From NCBI RefSeq assembly GCF_009914755.1, contig NC_060939.1: a stretch of 64,000 bases of DNA, one strand, 5' to 3'. The DNA is from the human T2T-CHM13v2.0 reference genome, Homo sapiens. Numbering within the stretch: the stretch's first letter is position 1; each line of letters starts with the position of its first letter. The position numbers were made by a program, and so were the translations under genes. Shown here piece after piece: positions 13,109 to 28,859 of this stretch. Below the pieces are notes generated by a model. That model did no database searches, had not been told where the DNA came from, and saw only the letters and a program-made list of their open reading frames with translations.

Positions 13109-13662
13109 TGTTACAGGAAAGGGGTCCAATCCAGACCCCAAGAGAGGATTCTTGGGTCTCGTGCAAGGAAGAATTCAGGACGAATCCCATAGGGTGAAGT
13201 GAAAGCAAGTTTATTAGGAAAATAAAAGAATAAAAGGATGGCTACTCCATAGACAGAGCAGCCCCAAGGGCTGCTGGTTGCCCATTTTTATGGTTATTTC
13301 TTGATGATATGCTAAACAAGGGGTGGGTTATTCATGCCTTCCCTTTTTAGACCACATATGGTAACTTCCTGATGTTGCCATGGCATTTGTAAACTGTCAT
13401 GGCACTGGTGGGAGTGTAGCAGTGAATACGGCCAGAGGTCACTCTCGTTGTCATCTTGGTTTTGGTGGGTTTTGGCTGGCTTTTTTACTGCAACCTGTTT
13501 TATCAGCAAGGTCTTTATGACCTGTATCTTGTGCTGACCTCCCATCTCATCCTATAAGTTAGAATTCCTTAACTGTCTGGGAATGCAGCCCGGCAGATTT
13601 CAGCCTTATTTTACCCAGCTTCTGTTCAAGATGGAGTTGCTCTGGTTCACATGCTTTTGATA
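13109..13662 (-). mobile_element. MER41A solo LTR (ERV1)
   Basis: ~554 bp; minus strand reads ...GAACCAGAGCAACTCCATCTTGAA...GGACCCCTTTCCTGTAACA; 4-bp flanks ATTG/ATCA consistent with a CpG-decayed TSD. Confidence 0.88.
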
Positions 13663-14649
13663 ATCAGAAGCAGAAAATTCTACCAAGGCATCAAGATATA
13701 ATAGATATAAAGTAAGATATCAGATCAAGATGTAAATGTTTCACAGGTGTAGTCAAGAGGTATAAGACTCAAACCTTCACCAACCTGGAGGATATAATGG
13801 AATAGATAGAGAACTGTGGGTGCACTGTGAGTCCTACTTACCCAGGAAGGAAGGGTGGGGGTGCTCATCAAAGCCCTCAGGCCTGGTTAGGGGTTTTCAA
13901 CAAGCCCATGCAGACATTTGATTTGTGTCCCCTGCAATTGGGGTTCACTGTGAATTTGTGATTGTTTTCTGTTTGAGAAACCTGAAGAGCAAGAGATGGG
14001 CTGATAAGCTGCTCAAAGAAGAGGCTACAGTGGGCAGCCTGCACTCCCCGAACTTATGGGGGCAAAGAATGCATGTGTCCTGTATAATGGGTATAGACCA
14101 GGGTGTGAGAGCAATGGCATGGGGTCACGTCAGGGCTTGTCCAAGACAGTCACCTGCACAGGTAAACAGGCTTCAACAGAGAGGAGCTAGAAGTAGAGCA
14201 GCATTTGCAGGGAGCAAGGACAGAATATGAGAGGGCATCATCACCATCAAGGAAACAGGCAACAGCCCAGAGTATGAAGCCACTCACAACACCATCAGCA
14301 TCATGTAAGCCTATTCCTGCCCCTCCTACAACTCCCTCCTCCAGCCCCTACAACCACCAACCCCAGCCCAGCTGCAATCTTGGAGAGCCAAGCAAACTTG
14401 GCCAGAAGCTCAGAATGGAGGAGGAAGCAGACTAGACTCCTGTGTTCAACTTCAGGCTTCTCCCAGGCACCAGGCCTGCACTAGGGATTTTGTGGAGGAG
14501 AGAATTCTTTATTTTAAATCAAGGTTGGTGGTTTGCCTCTTTTATCAGCAGACAACAAATATTATGTACTAAATTGAGAGTGTTTTGTGACTTAAGAATA
14601 ACCAGAAAAGTTACAGGGTTGTCATGCTTTCATTCAAAAAGGTCATATA

Positions 14650-14925
14650 GACTGGGTGCAGTGGCTCACGCCTGTAATCCCAGCACTTTGGGAGGCTAAG
14701 GCAGGAGGAGCACTTGAAACTTGGAGTTTGAGACTAGCTTAGGCAATATAGTGAGACCTCGTCTCTACAAAAAAAAAAAAAAAAAACTTTAAAAATTAGC
14801 TGATGTGGCGGCACATAACAGTGGGAGGATTGCTTGATCACAAGAAGTTGCTGCAGTGAACCAAGATCATGCCACTGCACTCCAGCCTGGGTGACAGTAA
14901 GACCCTGTGTCAGAAAAAATAAAGT
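14650..14925 (+). mobile_element. AluJ-like
   Basis: Alu dimer motifs with partial deletion. Confidence 0.8.
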
Positions 14926-14929
14926 CATA

Positions 14930-15380
14930 TAAATGGAATTGAAATAAAAAGGAACAAACTGTTGACAAACACAACAATTTGGATTAATCTCCCAAGAATT
15001 ATACTGCATGAAAAACAACCAATCCCAAAAGGTTACATACCACAGTATTCCATTTCTATAACGATCTTGAATTAGCAAAATTATGGAAATGTAGAACATG
15101 TTAGTGGTTGCCAAGGGTGAAGGAGGGGATCGGGTGGGAGGGAAATGGGTGTGGCCATAACAATGCAACAGTTGGAATCCTTGTGGTGATGGAAATTTCG
15201 AGGGCAATGTCCTGGTTGTTGTATTGTACCCACCTTACACACAAACTACACACACACAAGCACTGTTTGTTGCAAGATGCTACCACTGGGGGAAACTGGG
15301 TAAAGGATACAGGCATCTCTCTGTATTTATTATTCCTTATAACTGTATGTGAATCTACAATTATCTCAAAGTAAAAAGTT
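14930..15380 (+). mobile_element. Old L1 (L1M) 3'-end fragments
   Basis: AATCCCAAAAGGTTACATAC...TTAGTGGTTGCCAAGGG...GTGAATCTACAATTATCTCAAA, typical L1M 3' UTR motifs. Confidence 0.7.
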
Positions 15381-16159
15381 CAGTTTTTAAAAAGATGCTG
15401 AAGGTTTTGTGTGTACAAATGGAAGCAACAGTGACGACCAGCCTTTATTAAACTGATACACATTCTATCAGCGGAAGACCCTTTGACTTATTTGTAAAAC
15501 CTACGGCATTTAGTTGTGCAAAAAGCATGGTTTTCAACCTAATTTTTGCAGGCTTCCTTGGCTGCAGTCAAAATATTCTATTGTTTTCAGCCCTTTTTCC
15601 ACAACCCCACTCCTACTACTGAGCCTTCCAGATAGATGGGTAGAAGGGGTGGTCCCCTAACAGTTGACAGAAACTCAAGGATGCCATTCTGATCCTACAC
15701 ACCTAATAGCCATGTGTGTCAGCACAGGCAGCCAAATGTCATGTATAGCTCCCTGATGACAACACTGCCTCTCGGCCACTCTTCCATAGGAAGGGTCATG
15801 TCCCCAGGCTGCTTTTGGCCATACTTTTGACCTGTCTAAGACCCAAAGACTCCAAAAGCTATAAGGACATCCCCCACACATTATGCTGCCTGGTTTAAAA
15901 TGCTGCCTGTCTTATGTCATAGGCTCATTCTTATTTAAATCAGGTGAAACCTTCTGCCCCTGTGGATTTCCTATCAAGAGACCTGTTGTCCCTCCGGATA
16001 TCTGGCTTTTGTAAGCACCACTTTAGTTCACTGGGCATGGCCATGTGTGTTTGAATCCTGGCTATGGATGAAATTCATGTTTATTTTCACAAGGCCCCTA
16101 AGTCTCATGCAAATCAAAATAGTGATTAATTAATCATCCTATGTAACTGTCCCCAAGCA

Positions 16160-16520
16160 CTTCATTCAATTAATCACTATGTATTGAGCACAAACTATGC
16201 ACCAGGCACTGTTCTAAATATTGGGGACACAGCAGTGCATGAAATAAAGTCCCAGTTCTCAAGGTGCTGCATTCTAATGGAGCAAGGGAGAACGCCACAC
16301 AAACAAGATAATTTCTGGAGTTATAACTGCTACAGAGGAAATAAACAGAGTGATGTGATAGAAGTGATTGGGGAAGACCCGTTAGAGGTGACATTTGAGC
16401 TGCAATTTAAAGGATGGATACAAGCCAGCCATAAGACGCATCTAGGAAAGAACATTCTAAGGCAGAGAGAACAGCAAAGTCAATGGTCTTTGCAAGTATT
16501 AAGCTTGATGAGTTAAAGAA
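16160..16520. mobile_element. L2 fragment
   Basis: CATTCAATTAATCACTATGTATTGAGCAC...ATGCACCAGGCACTGTTCTA...GAACATTCTAAGGCAGAGAGAACAGC. Confidence 0.7.
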
Positions 16521-17157
16521 ACATAAAAATAGTTTAGAGGCTGTTCAGGATCTCTCTGCTTTGCTCCTCTCCACCTTTCACCTCTTGCTCGGTGCCTTCT
16601 GCCTTTGCATTGTCTATTTAACTTGACAATGCCCACGTGATCTAGCCCAGACTCTTATCTCCATTTGGATGCCTGGGCTTTGTGCTAACAAAGCTCCCGC
16701 TCTGCCCTCCAAGCCCTGAGCTTGGATCAGCTGAGGACACTCATTTCACCCCCAAAGGAGAGTTCTGTTTTGACAATCCTGAGAGCTGGCCACTAGCCAT
16801 CTAAACCAGAAAACATGGAGCAGCTCATTTTCCCAACCATACACCTGCCATATGTCCAGTATTTCATCCACACCCCATAATTGACTGTAGCAAGAGCTGT
16901 GTTTCCAGAACTCACCCTTAGCCCTCCCTGCCTGCTGACTTCCCCAGAAGCTCTTATAAACATTCAGGAAAACTGAAGCCGGTTTATGACCTAGAGGCTA
17001 TTGAGTTCATCATCTTCTGGGGGGCTACATCGAACAGTGCCAATATTTCCCTTTTCTAACACAGCTAGATTTTTTTTCTTGCCACTAGGTTTTTATGTTA
17101 ATTAACTATCAGAAACTATTTATATATAAAAAGCTATTGATTAAAAATAGATGTTTA

Positions 17158-17330
<173 letters not shown>

Positions 17331-19576
17331 AAAAAATAGATGTTTAAATAAGAGACAAAAAGAATCAGAGGCTGTGTGCTGATTTGGGACAGTTGCCCCA
17401 GTATTTCCTGGTCCAGTAAAATCTCCCCTGGACCTCTGCCTCTGCACATCCATGAACCTTTGCCAGTCCCACAGCTTCCAGCCTTCTTTACATCCCTGGG
17501 CTCTTGGAGCCTAAGCATGACTTTCTCCTCCCACCTTCTTCCACTGGCAGGCTTTATGATCCTCCTCAGTGTCTATGAGCATCTCTTCAGTTGCCAGGCC
17601 ATCCCTAGCTCCTGCTCAATTCTCCAGGCTCTGGATTGCAGCTGCTGTTCTTCTGGGCATCTGATTTCCATTGCATCAGGCCCTGCAGGGCTGTGAGAAT
17701 GTGCTATTAAATGAGTCACTAACCCCCTGAACTTGTTCATGCAAATGTAGGATATGAATCGTACATCTGACTTATCTGCCAACAGTACAAAAATACTATA
17801 TGTTATCAGTCAGGATATTTGTGTGACAGAAACCCAACTCAAACAAGTTTAAGCAATAAAGGAGATTTTCTTTTTTTTTTTTTCTTTTTTTTGTTCATGT
17901 AATTGGAAAACACAAGGGGTAGAATTAGGCTCAGGCCCTCCAGGGATACAAACAATATCATCAGGATTCATTCTCTCCCCCTACTCCCTGTGTCTATATC
18001 TCACCCTCACCTCTGCTTCTCTCTCTATCCTCATTCTCTCCTAAGCAGATACTCCTGGCTTCTATAATCCCTGCTTATCAGCCCCTGTGGAAAAAGATGG
18101 CGCCTTTAGCAACATCTCTATATCAAGGACGTTGATTGATTTGATTGATCAAGCTTGGATCCTATGACCATTCCTGGTCTAATCCTCATGGACAAAGAAA
18201 TAGGATACTGGGATCAGTAAAGCCTGAATCATGTGCTCACCCTTGTATCCCAGGGTGGGAGTGGGGCTATACAGAGTACTGTGAGGGGAAGTCATATTTT
18301 AAAAAACCACACAAAGTATAAAGTGGCAGATACTGTAGTCTGGTTCACTCAATATTCCCTCTGTAATCTTTCAACCACCTGCTACCTTCTGCTACAAAGG
18401 CTGGAAAGTTTAAAACACCACTTTCCAGACAGGCTTGCAGTGAGGGTGCAGGCTTATGATACAGGTTCTGCCCAACAGATGTTCCCAAGGAAAGTGGACG
18501 TGATTAATGTGGGGTAGGGGCTGGATGCAGAGCCATCAGATTCTCTCTGTAAGGTCAGGGAGATGATGGATGCCTCTGGTTCTTCTGGACCAGCTGTGTC
18601 CTAGGGTTATGTGACTACTTCCTCACGTAATAGTTGGTACATGGCAACAGCTTCATGGTTTCTGCTCGAACAGTGAAATCACTGTACGTATTTCTTGACT
18701 GCGTCCCTGGCTCTGTGGCATCTAAGCTTGGTTCCCAGACCCTCTCATAAATTCTAAAAGCAACATAATACTTTGTAATAAATTTCTTTCTTCATACACT
18801 GGCTAGTTTGATACAGAAGTAAAACTAATGCTTTGTCCTGCTGCATTATGCAAGTGGGTGCACATTACACCCTACAGCCAGAAGAAAAACAAAACACTTG
18901 CAGCCAGAACCCCTTCCCTCTCCCAAAACAAAGACATACATTTAAAAAGACTAAGGCCGTTCTATGTAGTTCTGGTTCTCAAAATAAATGAAATCTTGAG
19001 CCTTTTCTTTAAGCTACTGCTTTCCAATACAAACAACTTTGTTGTTTCACAAAGTTATTTCTCTTTTAATGCTGATATCTGAAGGGATGATACAATCTTT
19101 GAGGTTATAACACTCATGAAATAACTAGCTTTTTTTCACAACCAACATAATAACTGTAAATTTGGTAATCTTGAGGTTTTCTTTTAATTACCTGTTGTAT
19201 ATTTCATTTGGCAAGCTAGTCCTTTTAAAGCCCGAACTCCCTTGCAATCCATTTTCACAAGGAAACATTTTTCTTTAAATGCTTTCATAGCTGTGTCTTC
19301 TTTTGACAGGAGGATCTGTTGTCTGCAACTAAGAACGCTGATGAATACAGGAAGGGAATATCACCAGTGGAAGTGCACGTGTTGTGGGAGAGCAATATTG
19401 CTAGGAGGAAGGGATGTGCTGAGAAAATAAGAACAGAAAATGCTCCCTACATTGTTTCACAAGGTTATTATGATGACTGAAAGAAATAATGTGGTATATG
19501 TTGTAAACTATAAATGTGTAAATGTAAGGCTAATGCAATACTCTTGGTTGGGAGTTACCACATTGGAGATAAGTCA

Positions 19577-19893
<317 letters not shown>

Positions 19894-20075
19894 ATACCAA
19901 CTTCATGATCACAGGCAAGCAACAGGCAGAAACAACAGGACAAAGACAGGAAGAAGTTTATACTGTACACCAAATTCAGCACCGTGACTAGCTCTGGAAT
20001 AGACAAGATAGAAAAGGTTGAGGAGAGGAATAGGGGAGATTCAACTGTACCTGCAACATTTTATTTTTATAAAAC

Positions 20076-20395
20076 AGCCAGGCTCAGTGGCTCACACCTG
20101 TAATCCCAGCACTTTGGGAGGCCAAGGCAGACGGATCACCTAAGGTCAGTAGTTCGGGACCAGCCTGGCCAACATGGTGAAACCCCATCTCTACTAAAAA
20201 TACAAAAATTAGCCAGGCGTGGTGGCATGCACCTGTAATACCAGCTACTCAGGAGACTGAGGCAGGAGAATCATTTGAATCCAGGAGGCAGAGGTTGCAG
20301 TTAGTCAAGGTTGTACCACTGCACTCCAGTCTGAGCAAGAGTGAGACTCTGTATCAAAAAAATAAAATAAATAAAATAAAATAAAATAAAATAAT
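20076..20395 (+). mobile_element. AluSx-like with (AAAAT)n tail
   Basis: Full dimer. Confidence 0.9.
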
Positions 20396-21654
20396 ATATG
20401 AAAGAAACATGACAAAATGTTAACATTTGTTATTTCTGAGTGGTAGATTTATAATAATTTGTTAATTTTTTTCTGTATTTTTTAAACTCTGCAAAAGAAA
20501 AAAAGTGAGTAAACCAGAGAGTCTGGACAGGTTTCATGCTTTGCCCCTAACTCTGTAATTTTGTCCCTAAGGAGGAACTTTAATCAGAAAAAAATATAAA
20601 AAGCAAAAAATAAATAAACAATTCCAAAACTGATAATAAACCATTGTTACAAACTTATTTAGTGCCAGCATACCTAAACACTTGTGGCTTAATCTGAAAG
20701 TTTTTCAGTATCTCATTTATGGTGAAGCAAGTTTTCAGTACAGGCCAGAAACAACTGTTTCGTATATGATTCTTCCGAATGAAATGTGGCCACTGATCAA
20801 AATATCGCTCAAGTCAGTTTGAAGGCATTTCTCTGGAAATTGCTTGCAAATGCAAAAACAAAAGAAAACAATAGTAACAACAACAAATTTCCTCCTTGAG
20901 CAGGGGCATTCAAAAGTTTTCAGTAAGAGAAGCCATGAAGAAATGTCTCCATATGTGCTGCAGTGGGAGGATGCTTTCTATAAAAACTGATACAGTGATA
21001 ACTGAGAGGGTTCAGGGCTACATGCTTAGCTTATTGAGTTTTGGTCATGCCTTACAGTATGTTAAGGGAGGTTTTATTTATACTTAGTTTCCTTTTGTCA
21101 ATAATCCCTAGCTTCATGATACAATTTTAGTAGAATCAAACTTAAAAGATCCATCCAACCCATTTCTCTCTCTTACCTCTCAAATATATGAAATGTTCAA
21201 ATCATCCTTTATGCTTAAGATATCTTCTTTTAAAAAAAAGTACCTTCAAAGATCACTATTTTAAAATACTTTAATACACTAACATCTGTTAACATCTGCA
21301 TTTAACATGATTTATTTAGCCACCATGAAGGAATGGAATACAGATACTGCTAACTTTGGAAGAGAGGGGACAAGTCAGCAACTCAGAAGAAGGTCATTGG
21401 GCATCCAAAATGAACAAGAAAACGAGGTTTATGAGAAGACATGCAATAAAAACTGAAAATGAGAGTTGATTTTTTTAAGATAAAGTTTTCTTATTTTTTA
21501 GTTTTGCCTAGGGTAAATCCTTACTACAAAATTTTGCCTAGAGCCACTCCTACCTTCCAGGCTAGGCAAAAATGCCTCTGTTTTTGCGCTATATGACTAA
21601 CAACAATCTTCCACCCAGCTAATGTGGAAACTCTCTGACAATAAAACTTTTCAT

Positions 21655-21994
<340 letters not shown>

Positions 21995-22231
21995 TCACTA
22001 CAGAATCTAAATGGCTTATTTAGATTTAGATTAAGTGACATATGCAGAAATTGTTTGGCAAACTCTAGGGACAAGAGACTTTGAGACTTGGACATCCCAC
22101 AGGAAAACATAGCTATGTTTCTTTGTTCCCATTTTGAGACAAATTTCCTCCTAGTCTACAAAATGTCACCAAATAAAACAAAAGTATATTCATTACAGAA
22201 CCAGGGATATTTGGAGCTGTCTGGCAGTTCC

Positions 22232-23472
<1,241 letters not shown>

Positions 23473-23605
23473 TCACCAGAGAATTTAATTTCCAGGAAGA
23501 ATTCTATCATATAGACATCATATAGAAATAAAAGACAATGTGAGGCAATTTGATTCAATATATTAAGCTAGTAACTATTGATCCTACCACCTCCTGCCTC
23601 CTTAG

Positions 23606-23929
<324 letters not shown>

Positions 23930-24443
23930 AGGATACCTTATTCTTAACGTAGTCTGCTAGGTTTTTAGGCATACAAAAGACAGAAACTCCATGTAGAAGT
24001 AAGGCTGTTGATATTATATTATTATTGGCTGTAAGTATTGTTAACTAAAAATGATCCTGAGTAATTACAAATTATAAGTGCAAACTAGTATTATAGTATT
24101 AACACATCTTCTATCAAACATTTAACTAAGGAACTCCAAGAATAATCCAGCTATTCTCTGGTTAATTTCAAATAATATCAAAAGCACAAGTATACTTCTC
24201 TATCAAACAAGTACCATGAACCTTGCTGGTACCCCATATGATTTTGCTCAAAGACTATAAGCAAGCATGAGCAAAACTAGTGTCTATCCAACAGATCTGC
24301 TGAACAGATTTAACAAGTCGATTTCCCACCTTTCCCTTCAAATGAATACTTCAATAACCACCTCATGGAATCAAGCCACAGGCAAGTTGGATCTTTACTT
24401 GGGGTCATCAATTTCACATGCTCACTACAGACCATTCATAAGT

Positions 24444-24815
24444 GTATTAGTCTGCTCCAGCTGCTATAACAAAATACCAAAAGCTGGGTGGCTTTAAAAA
24501 TAGACATTTCTTTCAGTTCTAGAGGTTAGGAAGTCTGAGATCAGAGTGCTAACGTGGTTGGGTTCTGGGGAGGGCCTTCTTCCTGGTTTGCAAACAGCTG
24601 CCTTCTGCTATATCCTCACATGGTGCAAAGAAAGAGAGGGCAAGCTCTCTAGTTCCTTCTTATAATGTTACTAATTCCATCTTGAGAACTCTATCCTCAT
24701 GACCTCATCTAAACCTAATTATTTCCCAAAGGTACTACCTCCTAATAACATGACATTGGGGATTAGGGCTTCAACATATGAATTTGAGGGGGAATATAAA
24801 CATTCAGTCTATAAA
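24444..24815 (-). mobile_element. MaLR LTR (MLT1A/MST-like)
   Basis: TGTATTAGTCTGCTCCAGCTGCTATAACAAAATACC...GGGGATTAGGGCTTCAACATATGAATTTG. Confidence 0.8.
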
Positions 24816-24911
24816 GGAAAGGGAATATAGCTTAAGAATAAGAACCATACATTTTGCGGTCTAGCCAGACAAAGGAAAGCTGATTTCTCTATTTAAAAAA
24901 TGTTAAAAATC

Positions 24912-25220
24912 AGCTGAGCGCAGTGGCTCACTCCTGTAATCCCAGAACTTTGGCAGGGTGAGGCGGATGGATCATCTGAGGTCAGGAGTTCAAGACCATC
25001 CTGGCCAACTTGGTGAAACCCCGTCTCTACTAAAAATACAAAAAAAAATTAGCTGGGCGTGGTGGCAGGCACCTGTAATCCCAGCTACTTGGGAGGCTGA
25101 GGCAGGGGGAATTGCTTGAACCCAGGAGGCAGAGGTTGCAGTGAGCCAAGATTGTGCCACTGCACGCCAGCCTGAGCGACAGAGTGAGACGCCATCTCAA
25201 AACAAAAAGAATTAAAAAAT
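24912..25220 (+). mobile_element. AluSx-like
   Basis: Full dimer. Confidence 0.9.
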
Positions 25221-26318
25221 AAATTGCAATGTAGGATACATACTTGTGGGTTATTGCCCACCATGTTAATTTTCTTTAAATAAAAGCAAATTCATTTATA
25301 AAAATCTCTTATACCTCTGATGATGATTGCCACAGATGACAGGCAACCTGTGTAGGAGGAGCTCAGAGGTAATAGGCTAGATCATAGCCACCTACCTTTT
25401 TCAAGTCAAAGCACCAGAGAGGAGCCCAGTTCTCTTGGTACTTAGACTGTGAATCTAAGGAGAAGGGGAAAAAGAGAAATATTAACTCTGAGGAGTTCAA
25501 TCCACCATTTCCAGTTCAATTGGAAATGGTGATTCCAGATCTTTTGGAGTCTTTGATTTCACACTCTTGACTACTAAAAGTGATTGGTGCCATTGAAGAG
25601 GAATCTAAATTATTTTACTCTATTTCAGTATCTACAACATACCTAAAGATATGCCAAGATGTTGTATAAAGAAGGCTGAGAAACACTGGTTTACGCAAAC
25701 CCCCAAAATACATATTATTTGAATAATATTATGTACAAGCCTTGTGTTCATTTTCAACACAGCAAATAATGTTCCTTCTGGTTGGAATATTACAGTTATT
25801 CCAAGTTCTTAGGGATTTTTCCTAATACAAGACACTAAAACAGTTTTCAAAAAGAGGTACAAGACACCAGTAGTACAAATGAATTATTTTCACATAATAA
25901 TGGTCCTCTGGAAATCCCAATAAAAAAGAAGTCTATTTAGAGAATATAAGAAGTATATTTAAATTTGTTTCAAGAGAAAAAAATAAAGAAAAACGAATTT
26001 GTCTATGTTTGGGGGCAGAAGAAATAAGAAAAGTAAGTTACTTAATCAGTTATTTTTTCCAGGTACTATTCCATCCTCCCACAATTTACTTTTCAATCAT
26101 ACAGATTCCTTTTCTTTTATTCCTAATCTATGATTTTTCTCTATTTGGAGGCTTTATGAAATGTGCTTCCCAAGTTTTCTTGCCTTGCTTCTGACTGCAC
26201 ATGGCTTTGAAACTTAAGCTCTGAGCCTCAACAGACATTATCAGAATTCTAATGTACACAGATGTGTTTGAATGGGACAAGTCCTTAGAAAACAATGAAT
26301 CAAGAATACCAGTACGTA

Positions 26319-27395
<1,077 letters not shown>

Positions 27396-27984
27396 TCATC
27401 AGGCACCATAGATCAAGAGGAAATCAGTTTGTCCTTTGGAGACATCTACTAAAGAAGGTTTTGCATGTCACTCACAAGTGCTATGTGGAGAAAAGCTGAA
27501 ATAAGGACAGATTTATCTAGAAATTCCTGAATCCAATGCAAGCTACAAAAATGGAAAGGACATGGATAACAGAAGTAACATTCATTAAATGTTTACGATT
27601 TGCTATGTCTTTTACATACATGTCCTGTCTTCTACTTCAATAGTACTCAAATTTTTAGACTCAAACCATGAGAAAATTTCTCAGAATTTCTCCTCCCAAC
27701 ACCACCTTTCTTCAGAGTTAAAGTTATCCGTGGGGGAGGGAAAAATATATATACATGTATGTATGAATGTATGTATATATATGTATATTGGGGGAAAACC
27801 TGCAGAAATAAAAATACAGTCACTTCTACTACCTCTCCAATAACCCACACTTTAAGTGTGACAATACTCAGAATTTAACTCCCAATAACCTACAATGCAT
27901 CATGAATACCTAAAGTATTTTGAACATAGGCTTTTGCTTTGCTAATGTGCATTTAACATCCCAGTCATAAAAACACATCTTAAA

Positions 27985-28004
27985 ACACACACACACACAC
28001 ACAC
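27985..28004. repeat. (AC)10 microsatellite
   Basis: Direct read. Confidence 0.9.
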
Positions 28005-28859
28005 CCCTAGATATAGCAATAGTAGTATCTACTCCTGAAAATATCCTCGTAACAAAAAAATCGAAGAGAAATACTATGATAGAGTAAAATGGAATGATGA
28101 CAATTAGAGAAAGTATGAAGGGAAATTCCAAACATCTGAAATTCTTCTAAAAATAGTCTATTAAATGTCAGTTATCTTGGTTTCCATAGAAATTCACAAG
28201 TGTCTACAAAAAGTAACCTATTCCTACTTTGAAACTTTACGACTGTTCTTGCCAATAACACCACATCCTTATAAACGCCATATCGGGGACACAGGAAAGG
28301 AAGCCACATATATCCAAGTGGTATGCAGTATGTTCAACAGACCTTAATAGAAATGAATATTGCTTGTATCATTTAACGTTTGAAGAGGAGCGATAAAGAC
28401 TATTATCATTTAAGAGTAGTGAGAAGTACAGGTAATTCTCACACTAGTAGGCTAATATTTTACTAGCCACTCATTTTAATTCGTTGATCTTTTCTTCCCT
28501 GAACAAGTATACCTAAATCTGGGATGTGTGTGTGTGTGTTTTATCCTACCTTTATTCTGTACCTTAAACAACACATAGATGGGGAAGTAGAGTGGGTTTG
28601 GTTTTGTTTTTTTTAAATAATCGACAGGCGACATACAGTTTAACTTCACAGGGTTGTTTACCAGCAGGTTGGTGTTCCGAAGAAGCACGCAGTAAAACAC
28701 GCACAAAATAAGGGTCTATCAAAATAATTGTATATATTATTATTTCGAGATATATATGGAAAGATGGGATCGCAAAACATCTTTAACAGAATGGGTAACA
28801 TTCCGTTCAATTATCAGTAACAAATTCCCACAGAATCTTTATTCCTCGCTATTTGTAAA

